A stretch of DNA of 62,305 nucleotides, counting the filler, from Platydemus manokwari (lineage: Eukaryota): assembly GCA_037951405.1 (NCBI GenBank). It is 5 parts of 5 records of this genome, joined end to end, with 100 filler letters (N's around TTAATTAATTAA, not from the genome) between each part and the next. Parts side by side here need not be neighbours in the genome. Positions count along the whole stretch, not along the records: positions 1 to 12,843 come from JBBMOY011945827.1; 4 more parts are not named here. The stretch is one strand, 5' to 3'. The notes under the pieces are model-generated. The model saw only the letters and a program-made list of their open reading frames with translations. It was not told the DNA's origin and made no database searches. Positions within the stretch are counted from its first letter, which is position 1, and each line of letters opens with the position of its first letter. The translations under genes and the position numbers were made by a program. Below are positions 1 through 12,943 of the stretch, one piece after another.

Positions 1-2348
1 TATTTTATTTTTATTATTTATTTTATATTTAATGTTGTTATTTTCTTTTATCATCTTATTTTATATTCATTGTCGTTATCCCCCATCACCCGCATTCTCC
101 CTTCATTCCTTTAATCCTCACAAAAATAATAATACATTATAAAGATATAATAAATTATTAAACAACAATAAAATTGATCATAATAAATTGTCACATCCAG
201 CATAATAAAATTGAACATAATAAATTGTCTTAACAAGCATAATAAAATTGAATAAGCAGTCAATAAGTTGATTGAATACTGGGATAATAACACTAATAAG
301 TCGATTGAACATTAGGATAATATGTCATTCTGCTCAAAATTGATTTGGCTTTGGATTGGAATGACGGGTCTGATTTGGAATATCTGCATCCATAGCTAAA
401 GGCTTATTTGTTATGTACATGCGTTTTCTATTGAATATGTGAGCTATATAAAGGGTGTCTGAGTGGGTTAATTATAATTTGTGAGTTCGTGATGAGTGGG
501 GATCCCAAAAATTATCTCCTGGCATGATTGTGATTTTGAATAATTATCTCTTCTTATGATTATGGCTTTATAAATCTTAAATAAATAAATAAATGATTAA
601 AATTAAGCACATATTTAGAGAAAATAAAATCAAAATAAATTATAATAACAATATTAATAATAATAATCATATTAATAGAATAGCAGTGAGTGATGCGAGA
701 AAGATAAAATGTTATCGGATTTCAATTGCAAATGAAAATAGAAGCAATGCATAAAAGGTGTAAACCAGAAAATTTCTGTAAAGTTTATTAGCAAATGAAA
801 ATAGTAACAAGACACAAAAATGGGAAAAGAAATTATTATAGAATAAATAAAAATGTTAAATAAATTGACATAGAACAAACGATAAGTATCAGTAGAAAAA
901 TAGCATAACATAACATTCACCCAATAAAAATATGAAGTTCGCAACAGAAGTGAAGGTTACCAGCAAGATATTATTATTTATTTATAAAACAAAATCAATA
1001 CAAATAACTTTTCACACACGAAAATCAAAAAAAGAGTTTTGTAGAAACATAAATTTTTTCACGCAATACAAATTGTTATCACAATTGATTGTTACAAGAT
1101 TTTTTATGTTTTGATTTGATTCGTTTTTTAATGAATTTCTGAGGACCTCAACATATTTATGTAAAATTTTGAACCAGCAGTATGAATGTGGATCCACAGC
1201 CGATACCATGGTATATTTTCTGAAATCAACATTTAATTGAGATCGTTACCTTGGTAATAAAATTTAGTAGTTTTATTCATTTTCAGTAAAATTTAATAAA
1301 GGAATCATTACCAAAAAATTAATACACGAAAAATCATTATGATAAATTTAGGTTCAACAAGCCTTTCTTTAAATAAATGAAATTTCGACATTTTAATGTT
1401 GCAATGACTTTTGAAATTGTTTTCACTCTTTTTAATTTTCTTTCAAAAATTGAATTTGAAAATTTTTAATCGATATTGCAACGAAATGAAATTATTCTAT
1501 CCTAACTCTTAAAGACAGATTAGAAACACATATAATAATCAATGCAGATGAAACAATTCAAGAAAAGGTATCATTTCGAAAGTTTATCACAAATCTACCA
1601 AAAAGTGTACAGGAACAGACACACTCAATATAAAAGAAGTTGAGTTCCATGAGACACTTTCAGTTTTGTTTAGTCGGTAACTTGTGTATTATTCTTAACT
1701 TTGTGTGATTTTCTATTCTGTCTTTGACTTTTAGATGCTGATCTCATCTTGGGTGATAGACTATCGTTGATTTGAAAGAGGTTTGACTGTAGTTATTGTG
1801 ATTGACATTGTGACGCTTTGGTCGGTATAATTTTTAGGTTTAAATTGTTGATTACCACCCCCAAAAAATCTAAGAAAAATCTAAGGAAAAGCACTCTTAT
1901 CAATCCGAAAGTTACAATTCTCAAATTTATTATTAAATTTATTGAAAAATTAACTAAGCAATAAATTTTTTGTTAAATTTGATATTAAATATGTGTCGAT
2001 ATTTACTGCTTTCGGATATTGATTGTTTAAATTTCTAGTAATTATTTGAGCCTTTGATTTAAACTAATAAGTTTGAAACAGCAATCTCTTTACTTTTAAA
2101 GGAAATAGATTTTGCTGAATATATGTAAACTAAGAACACGTTACAAGGTGTTCCTCCTCACTACACCAACTGTCCACTATAAGAAAATACAAGGGTTTAC
2201 GTGTAGAAAGATATCATATTTAAAGCACCACTCTAAGATTGTGAGAAGATATTTAATATCGAGAATATTGTTTAACTTTATAATTAGGTAATAGTTTATT
2301 GAAGAAATGTTGTCTTCGAGTTTTAAAACTCTAGACAGCTCAGATTCG

Positions 2349-2516
2349 NNNNNNNNNNNNNNNNNNNNNNNNNNNNNNNNNNNNNNNNNNNNNNNNNNNN
2401 NNNNNNNNNNNNNNNNNNNNNNNNNNNNNNNNNNNNNNNNNNNNNNNNNNNNNNNNNNNNNNNNNNNNNNNNNNNNNNNNNNNNNNNNNNNNNNNNNNNN
2501 NNNNNNNNNNNNNNNN
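2349..2516. other. Assembly gap (168 N)
   Basis: Run of N. Confidence 0.99.
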
Positions 2517-3072
2517 TATATAATATAGCGATACAAAATTAAAACAAAATGAAATAATAATTTTTATTTGATTAAAACAAATAATTTTAAACTCAGATTC
2601 TATTTTAAAGAGGCAGGCACTCTAAAACATGAAAACATAATGTAAAATTAAATATTGTCAACATACTATGTAATTAATTTTTAAATTTAAATAAAATTTT
2701 CTGTGAGATTTTATATAATATTTTTAAACTATTATACTGTTTGATAAAACGTACTTTATAATATAATTATGATTAATTATAATTAATTATAATTTTAATT
2801 ATTATTTTAAATTATTTTATCAGGTTTAGACACGATCATCCATCATATTCGTATCTTAATCTGTAATCCATTACGAATTGGATTTTCGTACTTCTGCGGG
2901 ATTTATCCTGGCAACAAGAATATGTCAAAATTTATTGCCTGTCATCGCTTTAAAATCCCGCCGGATTTTGCTCGAATTTTTAGTTATAATATAGTAAATT
3001 CTGGGTTTTGGGTTACTTGATAAATTGGTCTCAAAATTCGTAAATAAACGGATAGATATTTTATGGATTTTT

Positions 3073-3243
3073 TTAGTCCTATCCGTCTCTGAACCGAGGC
3101 ACTGATGATTCCCATGGGTAGCTGAAATAGGACAATATCCGTATCATAAAACAACCGTCGCTCTCGAAAGCTCCGAGAGATAGTTCTATAAATCTCTGAG
3201 CCAGGATACTGATGACGCCTACACAGGGTCAAAATAGGACTAA
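3073..3243 (+). ncRNA. Two tandem degenerate hammerhead ribozyme-like motifs (type III topology), period 107 nt
   Basis: Copy 1: GTCCTA-TC(3076-3083)-stem I hairpin-CTGATGA(3102-3108)-CCCATGGG-GAAA(3124-3127)-TAGGAC. Copy 2: GTTCTA-TA-stem I-CTGATGA(3209-3215)-CCTACACAGG-AAAA-TAGGAC(3235-3240). The core boxes CUGANGA, GAAA and UH and the stem III pairing are present; stems I/II are imperfect. Confidence 0.65.
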
Positions 3244-4210
3244 TATTTCAACAAAACGTTGTTTAATTATTTTTTTACATTCTGACCACTCAACAACATC
3301 GCAATGATTATATTATTATTGTCTAATAGATTATGGTACTATTAATTTTTATATATAAATATTTTTGTAAATAAAAATTATTATTATGGCTATTGATTTT
3401 CAATATTCAATCTATATATTTATTTATGATCGATTTTAAATATTAATTTATGATGCAGAAATATAATTCCAAATAATTATAGTTTACATCTTTGAATGAA
3501 GATATCGTGTCTATCAAGCTCGCAATATGCCATTGATTTTTATTCAAATAAAATGGTATTTATATGGATTATTTATACTAAATTAATAAGAATTTATAAT
3601 TCGGTATTTTAATAAATTTATGGATTGTTTCGTCAATATTTAGTCAATAAATATTTGTAATTTGATTTTCTTTAGTTTTCATATCAATACTTTTAAAAGT
3701 AAAGTTATTTAATTATAGAAATTAAATATTTAATCAATATAGAAATGTATAATTAAATGCTGTCAAATAAATGTAAAATCACTTCAGTCTTCATGCTCTT
3801 TTTGAAAATCAATAAATATATGAAGAATATTTTTATTTAATAATAATAATAATAATGTGATAATCTTCATATTTTTTAAGATTTTAGAGTTTTTATATAA
3901 AGGTGTCTTCATATTACTAAAAATAGAAATTATTTTTTAAATTAATATAAAATCAATAAAATCAATCCCATTAAATAAGTTTAAATTATCAATATTTTTC
4001 CAATAATATAAAATATTTTTAAATTTTTCAAAATAATATGGCAGACAAGAAAATTCAGTTTGCCACTGTGCTAGTATCTTGTTTTACAACAAATATCTAC
4101 AAATCAGAAACGGAAATCTAATTTTATTATTATTGGTTGTTAAGAAAACAGATATTAACAACAATTTGTAGTAATAATTTTTAATTTTAAATTATTTCTT
4201 GAGAGTAGAG

Positions 4211-5170
4211 ATGATTTTCATGATAAATACCTATTATGGTGATTCTGTCGCGTTTGTAGTTATCCGATATATTTTCATTTTCATTTTCATTTTCCTTAAT
4301 TGCATGTTACTGATATTTGTTTTCAAATATAAAATTGCCTCCAGAACGGCTACGGTACTCATCAAAACCGAAACGATTTTTGATATCATAGCTCTGGTCA
4401 TGTTTTGTTTTATGCCACTATTAAAGAAAACCCTTTTCCAATTACAAGAGGTGGTTAACCCCAAAGTGCATTGCTACTTGGTATTACAGCAACCACTGTT
4501 TTACACGGCTATTTATATTAGTATTTATTTGATGGTGGCATTGACCATCGACAGATTCATATGTATCGTGTTTCCTATGTATTACAGAAATCGGAAACGT
4601 TATGATATTCTCCTCTATGTAATAGTTGTTATGGTGGTTTCGTTTTGCACAATCCCCCTTGACTACATTAGCATACAATTTGTGTCTTTAAACCAAACCA
4701 TAAATAATATTACTGATTTCTATTACTGTTCAAGCACAAATGCCAAGCTTTTGCCTTTAATTTATATACTTTTCTGCTCGGCTCCTGTGATTATTATAAT
4801 AATTCTGAATATCGTGTCGGCGTATTTTCTCTACCAAAGTTCAAAGAGTAAAGTAAATATCAACAACAAAGAACTCAACAAAACTCGACGAAAAATGGTG
4901 ACAAGATTTTCGGGAGCAAATCTTATTTCGAATTCCTCGTATGCGCTAATTATGATGGCTGATATTTCGTTTTATTTAATGTGCGCTATTGGTCGAGTAG
5001 ATGAGCAGATCTCAATCATTTTCTTTTACTATAATGAATTTCTTGTAGTCAGTTTAACGGTGATTAATTCATTGGTGTACTTGATTATATTCAACCGGTT
5101 TCGAAGGTATTTATTTGATAACATTAATTTGGTTTACTCAAAATTATGTTTGGTTTGTACAGTGAAATAA
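4211..5170 (+). CDS. Intronless rhodopsin-like (class A) GPCR, 319 aa from the ATG at 4211
   Basis: Seven hydrophobic segments, TM3 LTIDRFICIVFP (DRY variant), TM7 INSLVYLIIF (NPxxY variant), helix 8 NRFRRY. The start aligns with the paralog (MIFMINTYYGDS vs MHFLINADFNDS). Confidence 0.92.
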   Translation: MIFMINTYYGDSVAFVVIRYIFIFIFIFLNCMLLIFVFKYKIASRTATVLIKTETIFDIIALVMFCFMPLLKKTLFQLQEVVNPKVHCYLVLQQPLFYTAIYISIYLMVALTIDRFICIVFPMYYRNRKRYDILLYVIVVMVVSFCTIPLDYISIQFVSLNQTINNITDFYYCSSTNAKLLPLIYILFCSAPVIIIIILNIVSAYFLYQSSKSKVNINNKELNKTRRKMVTRFSGANLISNSSYALIMMADISFYLMCAIGRVDEQISIIFFYYNEFLVVSLTVINSLVYLIIFNRFRRYLFDNINLVYSKLCLVCTVK

Positions 5171-5174
5171 TGAT

Positions 5175-6750
5175 TGTGATTCCTTGCGTGATTCTATGTT
5201 TCACTGTATTGATGTCGTCCCATAATGTTGTCGATAACTATGCCATCCATGTTGGTATTTATATTTTTAAAAATACACAGTAAAGCTTTTTTTTCATGAT
5301 ACCCGTGCATAAATGAGGTTTTAAATAAATATTCAGGTGAATGTAAAATTAAAGCTGAGAAACTTTGTAAATGTACCGACAGTAAAATACAGAATAAAAA
5401 TCGAGTTATGGAACCAATTGTAGTCATATTGGGAACCCAGCTGGTAGAATTTACCCACACACAATAGCACTTACAATCAAGATTACGACGAGATTATACA
5501 ATTTCACTCATAACATCATGTACATTCATAGTCAAATCACATAACATAGATTCACAGTAGAACATAAATTTTGGCGCCTGAGTTCCGACTAAGATTATTA
5601 TTTTATTTATCATTGGAATTATTTTGTCTGATATCCTCTATCATTGTCAAAATTTTCGATTTTAACAGGTTTGCTTGATAAATACCATAGAATCAGAGAG
5701 AAAGCTACTTTAGTTTAAATGAAATACGATAGATAATCGGGTGCATCTGTAACACTTGATATATTGGTGATCATTTTTTCATAATTGATAATGCAGTATA
5801 TGATTATTCAAGGCGATTTATGATTGACAATTCTCGCTATTATTGAGATATCGAACCAATTTGACTGTTGATTCATGATATTTTATTCTTTTCTTTTTAA
5901 TTTATTGAATTTATAATGTTGGAACTAGAAATAAATATCATTGGTTATCAATTTGCATAGAACAAACACATATTAAGCATAAAAACCGAAAAAAGAAACC
6001 GTGATATTCACTTTCTACAATCGATGTCCACAATCAACAAATATAATTCAGCATGACCAGTCTAATGCAAAAACAATCTACGCGATGCAGCATGTGCTAC
6101 CAAACTATAATGTGGCTGTGCTTACCAGTGATATAACTAAAAAGGTATGAGCAAATGGATGAAAGATAAGAATATTTTTATTAGTAAATTTTACTGGAAA
6201 GAACTCAGCTAAGTTGACGCATTTATTTACTTAATTCATGCAAGTTCATTGGTAATTCAACTTGATAACAAGAATTTCCTAAGAAAGCAGCTGGCTTATC
6301 TATATGGGTGGACACAAAGATCAGAGAAGATCCGGTTAAAGATTAAAATCCAACAAAAATTGATGATACCAGAGCACTTAATTTATGGATTATGGACCAA
6401 CATTAGAAAACCTGAAGCATTAAAAATCGTTCATGTGAAAAAGGATGGATATGAAAGAAAAATAATACTATTCGGTATGTCTTCGTGGTTAATTTATAAT
6501 GAGAAATGCCAAACTCAGTTCAAACAGTAGCCATAAATTATGTAAGAAATATGGTAATAAATGAGGCAATAAAATCGAGACAGCGAGTTATAGATTAAAA
6601 AATATATTATTGCATACTGGGAAAGGCACTAGAAACTGTAAGAACGTGCACAAAGTTGAAGTAGTACATGAACAACTAAAATGAAAGATACTAGTAAGCT
6701 ACGACAGCAAGATAAAATTAACATGTATTACTTTGCAGCGTTAATCAATC
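5175..6750 (+). mobile_element. Degenerate LTR retrotransposon remnant (LTR 3' end, PBS, eroded gag-like frame)
   Basis: ...GAACA(5564)-TAAATTT-TGGCGCCTGAG(5572) is an LTR end plus a tRNA-Lys-like PBS, with the same 7-nt spacing as the element at 45496-45504. A gag-like broken frame (KFTGK...DAFIYLIHASSLVIQLDNKNFLRKQLAYL) lies at ~6185-6530. Boundaries are approximate. Confidence 0.5.
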
Positions 6751-8420
6751 ATTAGGATTACGGAACAAAGTTACAGTTTTATTTTCAGAAATTTTTACAT
6801 CAATTGGAATGTCATTGGATTTTACAAGCTTCATTAATAAGTGAAAGAAATTGTCGATCTGGTCTCCCAGAAAGGAACTCATACAGTCGTCTACCTCATA
6901 GTGATGCAAAGAGCCAGCAAAAGAAAATTTACTTAAAATCAACAGAATGTGACAATATTGATGATATGGTTTGTGAAAAAGTCCTGGATGATCATATTCA
7001 CATTTATTAGCATTTCTTTTTGTAAGAGCACTTTTTATCAATAATCAATTATTTTAGGAATGAATGCTATAAAAGTTTATAAAAATTGATGGTGACATAA
7101 TGAAATCAGAGTTTACATTCATAAATTTTTGCTTAGTTTTACGGTCGGTTCTCCAATAAAAAACTTGATTTAACAGTTCTATTAAGTTCCAATTCTTCTT
7201 CATAAAATGTGAACTATCATCAAAATAAATCAATTTTCATAAAATTATAAAATACACAAAAACTAAGCTAAATATCGATGAGTTCTTTTTGTATTCTTCT
7301 TTCTATTTCACAGTTGGTGTTTGACAATCCTAGCTGAAAAAATTACGCGATAAATACAAAAATAACAATTATGATGTTGCTTTTATATTTATATCAATGA
7401 TGTTGCTTTTATATTAAATTGATTCTGTTGGATCCAGATCAATCAAATCGACCATTTATTAGAGGTCTTATTGGTGGCTTTCAAACTGAGATTATCAACA
7501 TTGCAGTGTGAATCATTTTAAGGGTTTCTGAATCTGATAAACATTCAATAAACATTAAATAGTAACTGTAACTTTTCTGGTAGAATTTTGTTGTGTTCAT
7601 TCCTTTTCATCAAAAATTGAATTTTAAGTTCATAGATGATAAAAATATCAGAGATAGATTTTGAAATTAAATAACAGACGAAAACCCATTGCATTAAAAT
7701 TAGGCCAAATACCTTTTTTCTTAATTTAGTCCGAAAATAAAAAGAACAAAGAAATAAAATTTAAAAAATATGGATTCTATTTCATACCACGTTTTCACAT
7801 AAAAAATAATTCTTATTATTCAGTTTCTTAGACGTTTTACAACTATATAAACGAAAAATTTAATTAAAATGTCTAACACATTACCCCATAATATTAATCT
7901 AGGAATTTAAATTATAATTTTCAAATTATCACAATTTCTTCCGAGTTATGATTGATTGTTTCACTTCGAGTATATAAAATTTATTTATAAATATATTTTT
8001 GAGAATTTCCAAATAATGTTCGATGGCATTTATTAATATATACAATTTTCTAATCATATTTAAAACAAAACAAATAGTCAGTGATAACAATATTTGTTTA
8101 ACTCTGTCAGTTGCACTAAAAAATCAATTTATTATCCATTATAGATATTTCCTTTATCACCACTGGTAATAGCAAAAATAATAATGCAATATTTGTTTTA
8201 TTACATCTAATGATGAAAATTATGTTCATTGCTCGAAAGCGATAACATAATTGCAATTTAAACAACAAAAAATTGATTTTTGAGTGCTTGATAGTCAAAT
8301 ATCAATTAAATAATAAGGCTGACATTTTAATTATCATTAATCAATAAATCATTTTTTTAAATATAATATTTATCGAAATATTTATTCAAATCCATTAAAA
8401 ATTAATAAAAAATAATAATT

Positions 8421-9392
8421 TTATTCTCTAACATTCTTGGTACATATTTTTAATCGGAACAATAAACCGATAATGTTCCACAAATATTTGCGAAAATTTT
8501 TGAATATGATTAAATAAACAATCGAATTGATCATTGTCAGATTACCGGAAACAAATTCATTGTAATAAAAATAATAACCAGAAACCTTTAAATGTAATAG
8601 ACCAATCGCATATAGTGAATAAAAAACCGAATCCATAATCAAAATAGAAGCATAAATCGAATTCGAAATAAGTGTAGCTATTGTAAATCTTGTCACCATT
8701 CTCTTTCTTGTTTGATTTATCGATTCATTATTTATGTTTGCTTTACTCTTTGAACTGAGATAAAGCGAATAAATACATGCACAGTTTAATGTTAAAATTA
8801 TGATTACTGGACAAAAACTATAAGCTACGGCATTCGATAAATTAACAGTGGCTACAGTACTTCTTATACAATCATAGAATATAATTGTATTATTAGATGT
8901 ATTATTTTTATAAATTATATTTATATTTATGAAATAAGTATCCACTATTAAAAAAGAAAACGGTACCACGAATGAAGCAATTATGTAGAAATATGCATAA
9001 CAGTCTTTACTTCTTCGATAAAACATTGGGAATACAACGCATATAAATCGATCGATTGTTAATGAAACCATCAGATAATTACTCGTGTAAAGTGCTAGCC
9101 AGAAAAATACTTTTCGATAAATGACGAAACAATAAAATCTAACATATGTCGGACTTGCCGATTGAAATGGTATTTTCTCTTGAAATAAATCCAAACACAA
9201 CGAAATGAGAACAATAATATCGTAAATGGTTTGAGTTTTAATCAGAATGGTAGCCGATCGAGATGCGATTTTGTGCTTCCATACGAATAAAAGTAGAAAA
9301 ATATTTACACAGAGATAAAACAAATAGAGAATATATCGAAATATTACGAAGCCAAACGAATCATTGAAATCAGCATTTATCAGGAAATGCAT
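8421..9392 (-). CDS. Intronless rhodopsin-like (class A) GPCR, 323 aa, paralog of 4211-5170
   Basis: Seven TM segments, LTIDRFICVVFP, INSIVYLIIF. Shares KIASR..TILIKT, SSKSK.NINN and FYYNEF motifs with the + strand copy. Confidence 0.92.
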   Translation of the reverse strand: MHFLINADFNDSFGFVIFRYILYLFYLCVNIFLLLFVWKHKIASRSATILIKTQTIYDIIVLISLCLDLFQEKIPFQSASPTYVRFYCFVIYRKVFFWLALYTSNYLMVSLTIDRFICVVFPMFYRRSKDCYAYFYIIASFVVPFSFLIVDTYFININIIYKNNTSNNTIIFYDCIRSTVATVNLSNAVAYSFCPVIIILTLNCACIYSLYLSSKSKANINNESINQTRKRMVTRFTIATLISNSIYASILIMDSVFYSLYAIGLLHLKVSGYYFYYNEFVSGNLTMINSIVYLIIFKNFRKYLWNIIGLLFRLKICTKNVRE

Positions 9393-9826
9393 CGATGAAT
9401 AAATGAAAATATTCCAATGGTGGGAACTATCTAAATTAGAAGTTTTTATTGGTGAATTTTTTACATTGATTAATTTATATGTATATCGGTTGAATTAATT
9501 AAATAAAACAATTATTAAATTACAATAATTATTTTAAAATTATAAATATAATTTTTAAATTATTTTCTATGAGTATAATCTCGTGAAAATTAAGATTTTG
9601 TCTTTTTAGTATTTCATATGTATGAAGTTTCGGCTTTAAAAATTTAACAATAATAAAAACTTTTCACGGCGTTTGCTGTGTTCATTATATTATTATATAT
9701 TATTATATTATATTATTATAAATTATGTGATTATATTACTTAAATACAATTATATAAAAGTAAATAAAATAATATATAAAATTAAATGTTTAAAAATTTA
9801 TTTCATTTTAAAATTCTCACAGCTAC

Positions 9827-10330
9827 TGTCGGGTAGGTCAAAAGATCAGCCGAAATTCTCACGGAAACCATGGTAATAACCCTAAAATGGTTGATACTTG
9901 CAGATCCAATAAACGCGCGTGCCAATAGTCAACCAGATTCAGTTAATAATCGATTGACTTATATCAACAAATGGCAACAAACACCGATATTCTCCAATGG
10001 CATTAGAAATGTAAGAAAAACTACTAACATATCCATGTACGAACAAATTCATCAAATGAAAAATGAAGCTTCAGGAAATCCAATGGACACGCAATAGGTC
10101 TATAAAAGAGGTTTGATTGCATCTAAGATCAGCCAATCCTGTTAAGTTGGAAAACCTCATTCTGTAATTTGACTTTTGTGTGATTTTTCTGATAACCAGT
10201 CTTATTGGCTGTCTTCTGATCTGTATTCAACTTTCGCGTGTTGATCCTGTCTCGAGTGATATTTACTATTGTATTGTGATACGATTCTAATTGTACCTAT
10301 TGACGAGTCAATATTGTTATTCTGTAGTTT
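9827..10330 (+). repeat. Possible solo LTR-like element, related to a similar stretch at ~1540-1815
   Basis: GC-richer island starting TGTCGGG. The order TATAAAAGA...CTTTTGTGTGATTTT...GTGATA..ACTAT is shared with 1628-1770. Confidence 0.35.
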
Positions 10331-12292
10331 AATTTATATCTTTTATGTTTTATTGTTAGTTAATACCCAATACTATAGTGTTCAAAGTTTTTAAAGATGC
10401 TAAAGCTTGATTTGTTTAAACATATCTAAAAGTTTCCAGTCACTTCTATCGCTTTATATCTATGATTTTATTCTTATAACTTTTGTAATTATTTAAATTG
10501 AATGGTAATACTTATTTCTTGCGAGAAACCGTTTATTGCCAATTACAATTGAAATTCTTAATCTTTTCTCGTATCCTAAGTGACGAAAGATTTTAATTAT
10601 TATTTCTGTTGAATTCACTTGGCCTCTTGATTAATTGCAATATAGATAAGAGTAAATTTAAAATTATCTGAGAATTAATTTATTATAGATTTCGAATAAA
10701 TAATTCAAGTTAATAAATATATTAAGCTCTAAGTTATTTATTGAATAATTAATAGGAGTACACCGGAATTCAAAAGGTATAAGTATATCATGAACAAGGT
10801 ACTTTGTTAAATTAAAGATCAATGATAAAACAAATAATTCGATTTAAATAAGATGTCAACAATGAAATATAATAAGAATTAAATTAAATTCTGATACAAC
10901 ACGATAAGATAAAAATAGTTATGGTTTGAGTCAAATAACCAATTCTATTGTACATTTCTATATAGATGGAACTAAATAATTTGAATACCTCTTATACTCG
11001 TACTGGAAATAGTGACGGTAAATGATTTTGTTGGTGGTTAGATCTAATGGCACTATAATCACCACTTTTTTGATTAAAAAGTTAAAAAAATTAATAATAT
11101 TTCAGTTAAATGAGATCCAAGCTGAAGTTATATGATGTTCGTGTAAAAATTACTTAACTTTTAATCAAGAAGTAAAAATATAAAGAAAAATAATAATAAA
11201 TTGTCACTTTATCCGTTGGAGAATTCCGGTATGGAATTATTTAGTTTAAACTATTGCGTAGACTATGCACAATGTGAACTGGAATCAATTAAGATGATAA
11301 GCTTCGAACTAAATGATAAATTTCTGTTTAGTAATGCTCTGTTATATTTTGTTAATTTCTTTGATAAGATTTTCTAATTTAATTCTATCTTCTTTTGATT
11401 ATTGTAGTAGCTTTACACACATATACTGTCGTGTAATGTTGATTGATAATATTGATTGTTTCAATGATGGATTATATCAATAATTATCTGTTTAATAATC
11501 AATTGCAATAACTATATTTACTGCAATCATCGACAATAATTTAACAATTTTAGAATTTTATTATTTATTATTTAATATTATTATATTTAGTATCAAATTA
11601 TGCTATTTATATTTCCTTAATTTCTATGTTCGCGATTTTGGGTTTTTAATATTCTATTTTTAAATTTTATTTTGTCAGTAATATATTTTTGTGAAAAATT
11701 ATATTTTGCTAGCCAATAGCCCGAAAATATTTCTTCTGGAGAGAATAGACATGCTACATGAAAACCTTATCTTTGAAGTATAATTTAGTATTTATTTGTG
11801 GTATATGTATTAGGAATCTTTGCAGAGATTTCAAATACGCTTGTGGTATTAGAATATTTGTTACTCAACTATAGTGACGGTCTGCTACTAAACATTTCAT
11901 AGTTTATTATTAGATAAACTCTTTAATCCAACAACACCATTGAATTTCAGATGATATAAATTCAAACTATTACTCTATCAATTACCCCGAAAAACTATTA
12001 AGGAGTATATTTTTCTACATAATGACCATTAATATTTTACTCTGATAGATTATGTCTCTGAAAGCACTGATGAAACAATATATATGGAGTTCATAAAAAT
12101 TCAGAAAGAGAAGGAATCAACCAATGTTCTTATTTAGACTATGCAACTGAAGAAGTTCTGAAACAATCGTAAGCACACGGAAGGCAATTCCAAAATTTTT
12201 ATTTTACAAATAATTTTGACAAAGTATTTAAGTGTGAAAAGTCACGATACCGGATTTTGTAACTGCATCTAAGTGTATCGCATTTAAATTGA

Positions 12293-12358
12293 ATTCGAAA
12301 ACTTTCAAATGTTGTAGACTTATTATAATAAGTCTACAACATTTGAAAGTTTTCGAAT
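12293..12358. repeat. 66-bp perfect palindrome with no spacer
   Basis: ATTCGAAAACTTTCAAATGTTGTAGACTTATTA|TAATAAGTCTACAACATTTGAAAGTTTTCGAAT, centre 12325/12326. Confidence 0.97.
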
Positions 12359-12843
12359 ATTTCTACTTTAAAACGAATTTTAAACTCCAATCTGTGACAG
12401 TTTCATGAAGTAAGTCAATCAGAAATCTTTATCTTAAGTACCAATACAAGTCGTCATTATATTTGATTATTGTTGGTGATATTAAAAACAAACTGAATTT
12501 CCTTTCGGATTGGACTAAAACGGATATCATTCAATACATTCAGTAGATCGAATCAACCTTAAACTTACACAGCAATTTACTACATTACGTAATCTTTTTC
12601 TGAACATTCAGACAAGGCATGGATTCAACCACTAATCATACAATTCGAAAATCCAAGTTAATCAAAGTACAATCTTTTAATTCCAAATACGAGTTTTATT
12701 GAGACAGTAAAGTTAACAGGGTCATTTAACACTGACATTGAATTGATAGCACAGATTTGAATTTATATTATTAGGCTGAGTCAAAAGTTATTCATGTTTT
12801 TTAGTTGTTTAAAGTTTTTGTTTTACCAAATCATTTAAACATA

Positions 12844-12943
12844 NNNNNNNNNNNNNNNNNNNNNNNNNNNNNNNNNNNNNNNNNNNNTTAATTAATTAAN
12901 NNNNNNNNNNNNNNNNNNNNNNNNNNNNNNNNNNNNNNNNNNN
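12844..12943. other. Artificial scaffolding linker N44-TTAATTAATTAA-N44
   Basis: Exactly 100 nt with a six-frame stop linker; identical at four places. Confidence 0.97.

Noticed and set aside
2177-2536. ORFs spanning the N gap
   Set aside because: Artefact of translating N.
10750-12800. Possible LINE endonuclease relics (e.g. LIIVGDI at ~12465)
   Set aside because: Too short and degenerate to call without a profile search.
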